Part shown: in pieces, positions 8,879 through 19,750 of the stretch
How positions within the stretch are numbered: the stretch's first letter is position 1
How the letters are laid out: each line of letters opens with the position of its first letter
Assembly (NCBI RefSeq): GCF_001457595.1
Contig: NZ_LN831039.1
Span: forward strand, 930,001-962,000
Direction: 5' to 3'
Length of the DNA stretch: 32,000 nt
DNA from: Mycolicibacterium smegmatis
GTDB taxonomy: Bacteria > Actinomycetota > Actinomycetes > Mycobacteriales > Mycobacteriaceae
The notes under the pieces: generated by a model
Database searches by the model: none
The model's input: the letters and a program-made list of their open reading frames with translations, nothing else
What the model was told of the DNA's origin: nothing
Program-made: the position numbers and the translations under genes

Positions 8879-8949
8879 GCGCCAGACAGTACCGCAGGTA
8901 CTGGGTACTTTGTCGAGACCTCCGGGCGAAACGGGGTAATGATGCGGGC

Positions 8950-9873
8950 ATGGCGAAGTCGTTCACCCTCGTGCAGTTGCGGTACTTCACGGCCGTCGCG
9001 CGGCACGAGAACATGCGGGCGGCCGCGCTCGACCTCAACGTCACCCAGTCCACGCTGTCGGCGGCGATCCACCAGCTCGAGCGTGAGGTGGGCGCCGAAC
9101 TGTTCCAGCGGCTGTCCAGCCGCGGTCTGCGGCTCACCGCCGAGGGCCGAAGGCTCTTGATCGGCGCCAAGACCGTCCTGGAGGACGCCGATCAGCTGTA
9201 CCAATCCGTGCGCGCCGAACGCGAAGAACTCGTCGGCGACCTCGTCGTCGGCATCTTCTCGCCGATCGCGCCGTTCCACGCGCCGAACATCCTCACCGCC
9301 GTCGAGAAACGCCACCCCGGCATCAAACTCACCTTCCTGGAAGGTGACCAGGAGACCCTGATGCGCGCCGTGCGTGACGGGATCTGCGAGATCGCGGTGA
9401 TGTACGACCTGGGCGTCGGCACCGAGTTCGACTACCGATCGCTCGAACGGATCCCGCCGCACGTGCTGGTCTCGGCCGATCACCCGCGCGCCGCCCACCC
9501 CGAGCAGCCGGTGCACCTGCGCGATTTCGAGGACGAACCGTTCGTGCTGCTCGACCTGAAACACAGCCGCGAGTACTACCTCGACATCTTCAAGCGCCTC
9601 GGCGTGCGGCCCCGGATCCGCCATTTCGTGTCGGGCTACGAGACCGTGCGCTCCTACGTCGGCCTGGGGCAGGGCTACTCGGTGCTCAACCGGCGGCTGG
9701 TTCACGACCTGACCTACGCGGGACGACGCATCGTCGCGCTCGAGCTGGCCGACGACGTCCCGCCCATCGAGGTGGTGCTGGTCCGGTTGCGCGACGCGCG
9801 GCTCACGCGCAAGGCCCTCGCGGTCGAGCAGGTGTGTGTGGATCTTCACGCCACCGCTCCGCAGCACCGCTGA
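8950..9873 (+). CDS. LysR-family transcriptional regulator
   Basis: N-terminal wHTH LRYFTAVARHENMRAAALDLNVTQSTLSAAIHQLEREVG followed by a LysR substrate-binding-type C-terminus. 307 aa. Confidence 0.9.
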   Translation: MAKSFTLVQLRYFTAVARHENMRAAALDLNVTQSTLSAAIHQLEREVGAELFQRLSSRGLRLTAEGRRLLIGAKTVLEDADQLYQSVRAEREELVGDLVVGIFSPIAPFHAPNILTAVEKRHPGIKLTFLEGDQETLMRAVRDGICEIAVMYDLGVGTEFDYRSLERIPPHVLVSADHPRAAHPEQPVHLRDFEDEPFVLLDLKHSREYYLDIFKRLGVRPRIRHFVSGYETVRSYVGLGQGYSVLNRRLVHDLTYAGRRIVALELADDVPPIEVVLVRLRDARLTRKALAVEQVCVDLHATAPQHR

Positions 9874-9984
9874 GCTGCGCTGATCGGTTCAGTCGATCGG
9901 CTTGTCCAATTGTTTTCGTTGGACTTGTGAGAGCGCTGTCACAAAGCTGAACCAATCAGCGATCTCCGACACCTGAGAGTCCCC

Positions 9985-11337
9985 ATGACGAAGACAGATC
10001 AGCAGGAAGCCGCCGAACTGCGCGACACCGTCCACCCCGAGTCGCAGACATCCGACAAGCAGCCCAGCACCGGCATGCAGAAACGGGTGCTGGCCGGTGG
10101 CGGCATCGGGCAGTTCATCGAGTTCTACGACTTCACCCTCTACGGCCTGTCCGCGGTGACGCTGGCCAAACTGTTCTTTCCGGGCGGCAGCTCCCTGGCC
10201 GGCCTGCTGGCCACCTTCGCCACGTTCGGTGTGGCGTTCTTCGTGCGGCCCCTCGGTGGGCTGTTCTTCGGGGCGCTGGGCGACCGCATCGGCCGCCGTA
10301 AGGTCCTGTTCCTCACCCTGCTGCTGATCGGCACCGCCACCGCGCTGATCGGCATGCTGCCGACCCACGCCAGCATCGGGATCGCCGCGCCGATCCTGCT
10401 CGTGACGTGCCGGCTGGTTCAGGGCTTCTCCGCGGGCGGTGAGTCGGTGGGCGCCCCGGCCTTCGTCTTCGAACACGCCCCGCTGGAGCGGCGCGGGTTC
10501 TGGCTGAACATCACCATCTCCGCGACCGCGCTGCCGTCGGTGGTGGGCGGCACGCTGATCCTGATCCTGTCCTCGACCATGCCTGCCGCGGCGTTCGAGT
10601 CCTACGGATGGCGCATCCCATTCCTGCTCGCGCTGCCACTGGCGGTGTTCGGTGTGTGGATCCGCGCGAAAACCGAAGAGTCCGAGGCGTTCAAGCAGGT
10701 GCTGGCCAAACACGAGCACAAGGAGTTCAGCCCGATCCGCGAGACGTTCCGCCAGAACAAGGTGCGCATGGCGCAGGTCATCTTCGTGATGGGCCTGACC
10801 GCCATGGGCTTCTACTTCCTGTCGGGATACTTCGTGTCCTACGTCCAGACCACCGGCAACCTCAGCCGTGAACAGTCGTTGTTGATCAACGCGATCGCGA
10901 TGGCGATCTACGCGCTGCTGCTCCCCGTCGGCGGCATCATCGGCGACAGGGTCGGACGCAAACCCATGCTGATCGCCGGATCGGCAGCGCTGGCGGTGCT
11001 TTCGATCCCGTGCTTCATGCTGGTCACCAGCGGGTCGCTGTCGCTGGCCATGGTCGGGCAGTTGTTGTTCGTGGTGCCGCTGTGCATCTACGGCGGTGGC
11101 TGCTACACGTTCTTCGTCGAGGTCTTCACCACGGCAACACGATTCACCTCGGCGGCGATCAGCTACAACGTCGCCTACGCGGTGTTCGGCGGTACGGCAC
11201 CGTTCATCGGCACCATGCTGGTGTCCTCGACCGAACTGGACGCCGCCCCCGGCTATTACATGGCCACGGCCGCCGCGGTGGTCCTGCTCCTGCTGCTTTT
11301 CGCGCGGGTGCCGGAAACACGCCGCCGCATCGGCTGA
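9985..11337 (+). CDS. MFS transporter, metabolite:H+ symporter (MHS) type
   Basis: FIEFYDFTLYG and GALGDRIGRRKVLFLTL motifs, about 12 TM segments, 450 aa. Confidence 0.85.
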   Translation: MTKTDQQEAAELRDTVHPESQTSDKQPSTGMQKRVLAGGGIGQFIEFYDFTLYGLSAVTLAKLFFPGGSSLAGLLATFATFGVAFFVRPLGGLFFGALGDRIGRRKVLFLTLLLIGTATALIGMLPTHASIGIAAPILLVTCRLVQGFSAGGESVGAPAFVFEHAPLERRGFWLNITISATALPSVVGGTLILILSSTMPAAAFESYGWRIPFLLALPLAVFGVWIRAKTEESEAFKQVLAKHEHKEFSPIRETFRQNKVRMAQVIFVMGLTAMGFYFLSGYFVSYVQTTGNLSREQSLLINAIAMAIYALLLPVGGIIGDRVGRKPMLIAGSAALAVLSIPCFMLVTSGSLSLAMVGQLLFVVPLCIYGGGCYTFFVEVFTTATRFTSAAISYNVAYAVFGGTAPFIGTMLVSSTELDAAPGYYMATAAAVVLLLLLFARVPETRRRIG

Positions 11338-11368
11338 GCCCGACTTCGAATCTCTCTAAGGAATAAAC

Positions 11369-12628
11369 ATGTCTGCAACCGCATTTCTCGCCGACTTCCA
11401 CCACGTCGCCACCTTCGGGGCCACCGAAAACCAGGGCGTCGACCGCCAGGCCGCGACCCCCGAGGACAAGCTGAGCCGCGACTGGTTCGCCGCGTTCGCC
11501 GCCCAGCGTGGGTGGGAACTGCGCGTCGACAGCATCGGAAACATGTTTGCGCTCGTCGAATTCATCCCAGGCGCGCCCTACATCCTGATCGGGTCGCACC
11601 TGGACTCCCAGCCCCTCGGCGGGCGTTTCGACGGCGCGTACGGCGTCATCGCCGCGCTACACGCGGCCGAACGCGTCGAACAGCGAATCAAGGGCAGCAC
11701 CGGAACCGACAGCGGCGAGGTGCGGTACAACCTTGCGGTGGTCAACTGGTTCAACGAGGAGGGCGGGCGGTTCGCCCCGTCGATCATGGGGTCCTCGGTG
11801 TTCGCGGGACTCATGGACGAAGACGAGATGCTCGCGGTGCGTGACCTTTCGGGTGTCTCGGTAGCCGAGGCGCTGGCCGAGATCGGCTACCGCGGCACCG
11901 ATCCGCGTCCGCAGGCCGCCGGGTACGCCGAGATCCACATCGAGCAGGGCCGCATCCTGGAGCGCGAGGGCATCGCGCTGGGCGCGGTCGACTACTCCTG
12001 GTACACGCAGAAACTCGACATCGAGGTGCTCGGCGAGCAGTCGCACACAGGCGCGACCGCGATGGCCGACCGCCGCGACGCCCTGGTGGCCGCCAGCAAG
12101 GTGGTGCTGCTGGTGCACGACGTCGTCGGCCAGTTCGAGGACGAGGCCATCGTGTCGTCGGTCGGTCGTTTCACCGTCGAACCCAACTCGCCGATCGTGG
12201 TGCCCCGCCGCGTGCACCTGGTGGCCGACCTGCGCTCGGCCTCACCAGAGATCGTTGCTGCGGCACGGTCGAGCCTGCTCGCCGACATCGCCAAGGTCGC
12301 CGAAGCGCATGACATCCGGATCAACGTGCGCGACTTCGACATTCGTGACATCCAGCGCTTCCCGCAGGCCGGTATCGAGCTGACCCAGAAGGTCGCTGCC
12401 GACCTCGGGCTCAGTGTGCGGCCCATCCGCACGATGGCCGGGCACGACTCGGTGCCGATGAACCGCATCGTGCCCACCGTGATGATGTTCATCCCGTCGG
12501 TCGACGGCGTCAGCCACTGCGAGCGCGAGTTCAGCACCGACGAGGACATGGTCGCCGGCGTCGACGCGCTGACCGGGGTGGCCTGGGAAATGGTGCACGG
12601 TGCGCTGGCCGCCGAGACGGTGGCCTGA
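11369..12628 (+). CDS. M20-family Zn-dependent amidohydrolase (N-carbamoyl-amino-acid / allantoate amidohydrolase type)
   Basis: GSHLDSQPLGGRFDGAYGVIAALHAAE, NWFNEEGGRF and HTGATAMADRRDAL are characteristic of the hydantoinase/carbamoylase-family amidases. AAGGAA lies upstream of the ATG. Confidence 0.85.
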   Translation: MSATAFLADFHHVATFGATENQGVDRQAATPEDKLSRDWFAAFAAQRGWELRVDSIGNMFALVEFIPGAPYILIGSHLDSQPLGGRFDGAYGVIAALHAAERVEQRIKGSTGTDSGEVRYNLAVVNWFNEEGGRFAPSIMGSSVFAGLMDEDEMLAVRDLSGVSVAEALAEIGYRGTDPRPQAAGYAEIHIEQGRILEREGIALGAVDYSWYTQKLDIEVLGEQSHTGATAMADRRDALVAASKVVLLVHDVVGQFEDEAIVSSVGRFTVEPNSPIVVPRRVHLVADLRSASPEIVAAARSSLLADIAKVAEAHDIRINVRDFDIRDIQRFPQAGIELTQKVAADLGLSVRPIRTMAGHDSVPMNRIVPTVMMFIPSVDGVSHCEREFSTDEDMVAGVDALTGVAWEMVHGALAAETVA

Positions 12629-14091
12629 TGACCGCGGGCGTGATGGCGCCGCTGGCGTATCTGAGCGCCACCGAGGCCAGGAAAGCCTTTCGTAGCCGCG
12701 AACTCTCACCGCTGGACGTGCTCGACGCGCAGATCTCGCAGATCGAGGCTCACAACGGTGACCGCGACACCGGCATCAACGCGTTCACCGAGACCCTGTT
12801 CGACGACGCCCGGACACAGGCACGTGCGGCCGCCGACATGTACACGCGCTACGCCGCGTCGGGCGACGAGCCGCCACCGCTGCTGGGGCTCACCGTGGCC
12901 ACCAAGGAGAAGCACGGCATCGCGGGCCTGCGCCTTGAGCAGGGACTCGCGGCGCACCGCGGGCGCGTCGCCGAACACGACCACCCCGTGGTCGAACGGA
13001 TCAGGGCCGCAGGCGGCATCATCCATGCGCGCACCACCAGCCCGGAGTTCAGCTGCGCCACCGTCACCCACTCACCCATGTGGGGCGTCACGCGCAATCC
13101 GTGGAACCCGCAGACCTCGCCGGGCGGATCGTCCGGCGGCGCGGGCGCGGCCCTGGCCGCCGGGTTCACCACACTGGCCACCGCGTCCGACATCGCCGGA
13201 TCCACCCGTATCCCAGCAGGTTTCACCGGCACGGTCGGCTACAAGGCGCCCTACGGGCGTATCCCTGGCCTGCCGCCGCTGGCCGCCGACTGGTACCGCG
13301 GTGACGGGCCGATGGGCCGCACCGTGGCCGACGTCGCGCTGCTCAGCGCCGTCATGTCGGGGCGCCACCCTGCCGACCACGCCTCGTGGGGCCCGGCGAA
13401 CCAGTCGCCCCTGCGCACCGGTGGAGTGCGCGGTCTGCGGATCGGGCTCTCGGTCCATCTCGGCGATTTCCCCGTCGCGGAGGCCGTTGCCGCCAACACC
13501 CGCGCGGTGGCCGACGTTCTCGCCGGCGCCGGCGCCGAGGTGGTCGGCATCGACCTGCCCTGGACCACCGCGCAGATCAGGGACACCATCTTCGCGCACT
13601 TCGGCCACATCCTCGCCCCGGCCATGCAGCGCGAAACGAAGGGCACCGAAGGCGAACTCGCGGCCTACACGCGGCAGTTCATCGCCGACGCTGCCGCGGC
13701 CGCACAGCACTGCCCATTGGTGGACTCGCTGGCCGCCGACGCGCGCGTGCAGCACGAACTGGCCGTCGCCATGCGCGATGTCGACGTGCTGCTGTGCCCG
13801 ACGTCAGCGGTGACCTCGCTGCGCGCCGACGGTGACTACCTCGACGGCATCGACACCGAACACGGCCACCGCAGGCACTACTGGGAAGGCCACATGACGA
13901 GTCCGTTCAACGTGGCCAACCACTGCGCGGTGCTTTCGGTGCCCAGTGGGCTGTCCCCCGAGGGAGTGCCCACGGGGGTCCAGGTCGTCAGTCATCCGCA
14001 CGACGAGTCGGCGGCATTTCACGTCGCGCACGCCGTGCAGACACTGGTCGGCTTCGACGCGCGGCCGGTGCTCGATCCGAAGTCTCAGTAG
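12628..14091 (+). CDS. amidase-signature (AS) family amidase
   Basis: ATGA overlap with the preceding gene. AS motif GGSSGGAGAALAAGFTTLATASDIAGSTRIPA. 487 aa. Confidence 0.9.
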   Translation: MTAGVMAPLAYLSATEARKAFRSRELSPLDVLDAQISQIEAHNGDRDTGINAFTETLFDDARTQARAAADMYTRYAASGDEPPPLLGLTVATKEKHGIAGLRLEQGLAAHRGRVAEHDHPVVERIRAAGGIIHARTTSPEFSCATVTHSPMWGVTRNPWNPQTSPGGSSGGAGAALAAGFTTLATASDIAGSTRIPAGFTGTVGYKAPYGRIPGLPPLAADWYRGDGPMGRTVADVALLSAVMSGRHPADHASWGPANQSPLRTGGVRGLRIGLSVHLGDFPVAEAVAANTRAVADVLAGAGAEVVGIDLPWTTAQIRDTIFAHFGHILAPAMQRETKGTEGELAAYTRQFIADAAAAAQHCPLVDSLAADARVQHELAVAMRDVDVLLCPTSAVTSLRADGDYLDGIDTEHGHRRHYWEGHMTSPFNVANHCAVLSVPSGLSPEGVPTGVQVVSHPHDESAAFHVAHAVQTLVGFDARPVLDPKSQ

Positions 14092-14354
14092 AGCTTCGCG
14101 AGAACCTCACCGGCCTCGGCGTCCTCGACCGCCGGGGTGACGTCCATGGTGAGGAACTCGCCCCATTCGGCCGTGGACTCGAACATCGCCTTGGCGTCGT
14201 CGGTTTCGACGATCGCGAAGCCCTGCCCGTTCATGCCCCACCAACGGCCCAGCAGCGTCACCCCTTCGGGAACCTGGGCGCCGGTCTTCCTGAACTTGTC
14301 GACCGCGTCGCGGAAGCCGGCCTGCGATTGGGTCCAGTGCACGATGAACTTCAT
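14085..14354 (-). CDS. DUF3303-like small protein
   Basis: 89 aa (MKFIVHWTQSQAGFRDAVDKFRKTG..PEGVTLLGRWW...FAIVETDDAKAMFESTAEWGEFLTMDVTPAVE). ATG at 14354 lies 8 nt downstream of AGGAGG. The rest of track ORF 14085..14894 overlaps the P450 out of frame. Confidence 0.7.
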   Translation of the reverse strand: MKFIVHWTQSQAGFRDAVDKFRKTGAQVPEGVTLLGRWWGMNGQGFAIVETDDAKAMFESTAEWGEFLTMDVTPAVEDAEAGEVLAKLY

Positions 14355-14359
14355 TGCGG

Positions 14360-15748
14360 TTACCTCCTGGTGACGCGGGCCGGAACCGGCGCCGCGGCGA
14401 TCACGGTGAAGGGGGTCTCCACCGGAAAATCGGTGTTCTGGGATTCGACGGACACCGCCCGGATGACGGTGGCCAGGGCCAAGGTGGCCTCCAGCATGGC
14501 GAAGTGATCGCCGATGCATGACCGTGGACCGCCACCGAAAGGCAGGTACTGCCAACGGTTCCGGCCCGCCGAGCGTTCGGGGCTGAACCGGTCGGGGTCG
14601 AACCGCTCTGGTGCGTCCCACAGGGTGGGGCTGCGGTGCATGGCGTAGAAGTTGACGATCGCCACGGTGCCCGCTTCGACGCGATACCCATCGACCGTCA
14701 TCTCCTCGTTGAGCATCCGCATCGTTCCCGATCCGGGAGGGCACAGGCGCAGCGCCTCGTGCAGCACTCGCATGGTGTAGGTCAGCTGTGGCACGTCGTC
14801 GGTGGTGAGTTCCCGGTCGCCCAGCGCGGCCACCTCGGCGTACACCCGCTCCTGGATGTCGGGATGGTGGCCCAGCGCCCACAGCGAATAGCACAGCGTC
14901 GTCGAGGTGGTGTCGTGCCCGGCGAGCATGAAAAGCACCAACTCATCGCAGATCTGGTCGTCGGTGAGACCCCGTCCGGTTTCGGGGTCGCGCGCTTCGA
15001 GCAGCGCGCGCACCAGCGGCGCGTCCCGGTCGGGATCCGCGCGCACGTCGGCCAGGATCTCGGCCGCCAGACGATGCAGGGTTGCGTTGCCCGCGCGGGC
15101 CTTGCGCTGCCCCCGGGTGGGCACCCACTGCGGCAGGTTCACCGGCCGACTCGCGCGGTCGGCCACCCACGACAACGACGTGCGCAGTGCGGGACCGACA
15201 TCCTCGGCGCGCTGGTCGAGGTCGACGCCGAAAATCGAACGGCCCAGCGCCCGCAACGTCAGGGCACGGCACGCCGTGTCCAGGTCGACGGTGGTGCCGT
15301 CACGCCACGAGTCGGCCACCGACTGCGCCGCGGCCGCCATGTGGCCGGCGAAGCGCGGCACGTGCTTCCTGGTGAACATCGGTTGCAGCGTGCGCCTGCG
15401 CGGCAGCCAGCGATCATGCGGCAGGTCAAGGAGATTGCCGCCCATGAGCCGGTACAGCTCGACCATGATGCGGGCCTTGCCGCGATCGGCGACCGCGTCG
15501 GGGCGTCCCAGCACGTCGCGCGCACCCTGTGGTGACGCGATCAAGAGCACCGGAGGCAGTAGCCATCGCGGTCCCAGGACGATCCGGTGGACCGGCCCGC
15601 CTGCGTCGAACAACCGCTGGGCACCCTCGACGAACGAGCGCAGACAGCGGACCTGCTCGCGGTAGGGCAGGGGATTACGCGGCGCGCGCGGCGACTCGAC
15701 CGCGGGGCCGCTGGCTATCTCGACCATGAATCGAGTGTCGGCCCGCAC
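14360..15748 (-). CDS. cytochrome P450
   Basis: Heme loop [18 protein letters not shown]-helix [12 protein letters not shown], ExxR (HEALRLCPP). GTG at 15748; an alternative ATG is at 15727 (MVEIASG). Confidence 0.9.
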   Translation of the reverse strand: MRADTRFMVEIASGPAVESPRAPRNPLPYREQVRCLRSFVEGAQRLFDAGGPVHRIVLGPRWLLPPVLLIASPQGARDVLGRPDAVADRGKARIMVELYRLMGGNLLDLPHDRWLPRRRTLQPMFTRKHVPRFAGHMAAAAQSVADSWRDGTTVDLDTACRALTLRALGRSIFGVDLDQRAEDVGPALRTSLSWVADRASRPVNLPQWVPTRGQRKARAGNATLHRLAAEILADVRADPDRDAPLVRALLEARDPETGRGLTDDQICDELVLFMLAGHDTTSTTLCYSLWALGHHPDIQERVYAEVAALGDRELTTDDVPQLTYTMRVLHEALRLCPPGSGTMRMLNEEMTVDGYRVEAGTVAIVNFYAMHRSPTLWDAPERFDPDRFSPERSAGRNRWQYLPFGGGPRSCIGDHFAMLEATLALATVIRAVSVESQNTDFPVETPFTVIAAAPVPARVTRR

Positions 15749-15773
15749 CGAGTGCCGTGTTTAGAGTAGGGAG

Positions 15774-16328
15774 TTACCCTATTTTCCCGGTCCTGCTGTT
15801 TTCACTGGTCGCGATGCACGTCACGGTCCGGTCGCCGCGTTGCCACGAGTCGGCCGTCGGGTACAGCACCATCGCCCGGATCGCCTTGTCGTCCGCCGCC
15901 GCGGGTGCGTACTCCTTGAGCGCCGGCCCGCATTTCTCGGTGAACTCGAGCACCGCGCCCTCGCCGGGGAAATCGCCGTCGGGCATCTGCATCACCGCGA
16001 ACACCTCGCCCTTGTGCGGCTGATCGCACGCCACGGTCTCGACGTAGAGCACCCGGCTGCTGTCCGGGATCTCGGCCAGGCAGTCACCGACCTTGACCTG
16101 TGAGGCCTCGGTCGAATCCTTTTCGGTCACGTAGTACAGCGCCACGGCCGCACCCGCGACGAGCATCGCGAGCACCGCCACGACGACCGCGACGAGCACC
16201 CACACGCGCCTGGGCTTCTTCGGCGGCTGCGGGATGGGCCCGGTGCCGTTGGTGTAGGGCAGCGGGGGAGGCGGTGGGTATCCGTGTGCGCCGTAGGGCG
16301 GTGGTGGAGGACCGGGCGGAGTGGTCAT
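15774..16328 (-). CDS. Pro-rich, single-pass membrane protein with Cys-containing extracytoplasmic domain (septum-formation-family-like)
   Basis: N-terminal PPGPPPPPYGAHGYPPPPPLPY, one TM (VWVLVAVVVAVLAMLVAGAAVALYY), then GDCL...VACDQPHKGEV...KCG...TVTCI. ATG at 16328 is 2 nt after the upstream stop. Confidence 0.7.
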   Translation of the reverse strand: MTTPPGPPPPPYGAHGYPPPPPLPYTNGTGPIPQPPKKPRRVWVLVAVVVAVLAMLVAGAAVALYYVTEKDSTEASQVKVGDCLAEIPDSSRVLYVETVACDQPHKGEVFAVMQMPDGDFPGEGAVLEFTEKCGPALKEYAPAAADDKAIRAMVLYPTADSWQRGDRTVTCIATSENSRTGKIG

Positions 16329-16330
16329 GC

Positions 16331-16978
16331 TCAGACGATATCGAGCATCCTCAAAGCCGCGTCGACCGCGAGGGCCGGGACATTGTGCGTCTTGGACGCG
16401 AGGTCATGGCGTGCCCCGTCGATCGCGACCACCTCGGTGGGGCCGTTGATCAGTGCCGCGGCCGCGGTGACCTCGCCGATCGTGCCGAACGGATCCGACG
16501 AACCATGCGTGAACACCGTCGGCCCAGTGATGTTCGGCAGATGCTCGGTGCGGGCGCGCTCGGGCTTGCCGGGCGGATGCACCGGATACGAGAACAGCGT
16601 CAGCACATCCATACCGCCGTGCTCGGCCGCGACCATCGACGTCATACGCCCGCCGTAGGAGTGCCCTCCCGCGAGCACGGGCCCGTCGGTGAGACCACGC
16701 GCGAACGCGATGGCTTCGGCGACACCTTCCTGATCGGCCTGGGCCGATCCCGAGGGCGGGCCCTTTGGGCGGCGCCGGCGGTAGGGCAGGTTGTAGCGGA
16801 TCGCCAGCCATCCGCGCGCGGCCCATTCGTCGCAGATCCGCGTCAGCAGCGCCCCGTCGCGGTTGCCGCCCGCGCCGTGGGTGAGCACCACGACACCGCG
16901 CGGGTCGGCTTCCGGTTCGTGTGCGACGCCGGCGATGGCCTCGAGGCCTTCGAGGGTCTGGCGCGCGTCACGAGCCAT
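16331..16978 (-). CDS. alpha/beta hydrolase (dienelactone-hydrolase-like; conserved thiD neighbour)
   Basis: VVVLTHGAGGN, nucleophile-elbow-like GGHSYGG, and C-terminal DGARHDL. Start is taken at ATG 16978 (MARDARQ), which overlaps the thiD 3' end by 11 nt. Confidence 0.75.
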   Translation of the reverse strand: MARDARQTLEGLEAIAGVAHEPEADPRGVVVLTHGAGGNRDGALLTRICDEWAARGWLAIRYNLPYRRRRPKGPPSGSAQADQEGVAEAIAFARGLTDGPVLAGGHSYGGRMTSMVAAEHGGMDVLTLFSYPVHPPGKPERARTEHLPNITGPTVFTHGSSDPFGTIGEVTAAAALINGPTEVVAIDGARHDLASKTHNVPALAVDAALRMLDIV

Positions 16979-17804
16979 GGTGCAACCTGAACAGGGCCGA
17001 CACCGGGCCGTGGCCGTGGCCCAACGGATATGCCGCACGCAGACATTCGGTCACCCACCCTTTGGCGAACGCTACCGCGTCGGGCATATCCATGCCGTGT
17101 GCCAGCGCGCAGGCCGCGGCCGCGGCGAGGGTGTCCCCGGCGCCGTGGTCGTGTCCGGTGTCGATCCGCTCGGCGCCGAACTCGTAGAAGTCGGTGCCGT
17201 TGTACAGCAGATCGGGGCTCTGCGCCGACGTGCGCAGGTGCCCGCCCTTGACCAGTGCCCACTTGGGACCCAGAGCGTGCAGCGCCTTGGCGGCGTCGCG
17301 CTGCGTGGCCTCGTCCACCACCTCGATGCCGGTGATGAGCCGGACCTCGTCGAGGTTCGGTGTCACCAGTGAGGCGATCGGAAACAGTTCGTTGCGAACC
17401 GAATCGAGGGCACTGGGATGCAGCAGCGGATCGCCGTGCATCGACGCGCACACCGGATCGACCACCAGCGGGGCTTCGGTGCCCAGCCCGCGCCAGGTCT
17501 CGGCGACCGCACCGATGATCTCTGCTGACGCCAGCATGCCGGTCTTGGCGGCCTGGATGCCGATGTCCTCGGCGACCACCTGGATCTGCCCTGCGATGAT
17601 GTCGACCGGAACCTCGTGAAATCCCTTGACCCCCACCGAATTCTGCACCGTGACGGCTGCCACCGCGACACAGCCGTGCACGCCCAGCATGGCGAACGTG
17701 CGCAGATCGGCCTGGATGCCCGCGCCGCCACCGGAATCGGTGCCCGCGATGGTCATCACCCGGGTCGGCGTCTGACCGGGCGGGGTCAGCGGTAGCAGTT
17801 TCAC
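16968..17804 (-). CDS. thiD: hydroxymethylpyrimidine/phosphomethylpyrimidine kinase
   Basis: [26 protein letters not shown]... is typical ThiD. GTG at 17804 ([13 protein letters not shown]) lies 8 nt after the thiC stop. The longer track ORF runs into thiC. Confidence 0.9.
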   Translation of the reverse strand: MKLLPLTPPGQTPTRVMTIAGTDSGGGAGIQADLRTFAMLGVHGCVAVAAVTVQNSVGVKGFHEVPVDIIAGQIQVVAEDIGIQAAKTGMLASAEIIGAVAETWRGLGTEAPLVVDPVCASMHGDPLLHPSALDSVRNELFPIASLVTPNLDEVRLITGIEVVDEATQRDAAKALHALGPKWALVKGGHLRTSAQSPDLLYNGTDFYEFGAERIDTGHDHGAGDTLAAAAACALAHGMDMPDAVAFAKGWVTECLRAAYPLGHGHGPVSALFRLHHGS

Positions 17805-17812
17805 GTTGTTCC

Positions 17813-19540
<1,728 letters not shown>

Positions 19541-19750
19541 GTTTTCTCTGCCGTCGCTGAACCTAGCGCAGATCCGCGCGTTGGGGAACCGGGACGCGAT
19601 TTCCGGATGGGAATTTATATAGGTAGCATATGTGTTTTGGTTGTGTTGCCGCGCGCCGTCCTGGGAAGTTCCTGTGCGGCCAGCGAAGTGGGGGAACCAA
19701 GTTGGGGCAAAGCTGCCCCGTGATCTTTCGATGCACAGAACGAAGACGGA

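Noticed and set aside
8851-9867. 338-aa ORF antisense to the LysR gene. The same applies to 20405..21673 and 19849..21189 over the DHA2 MFS, 21565..22242 over the MPT63-like gene, and 27800..28750 over the GCS2 gene.
   Set aside because: All are compositionally biased shadows of well-supported genes in another frame or on the other strand. None has a recognisable family signature.
9926-9943. TGTGA...TCACA read as a canonical CRP (cAMP receptor protein) site
   Set aside because: The spacer is 8 nt, not the 6 nt of the CRP/FNR consensus, so I do not call it a CRP site. It is kept only as an unexplained palindrome in the findings.
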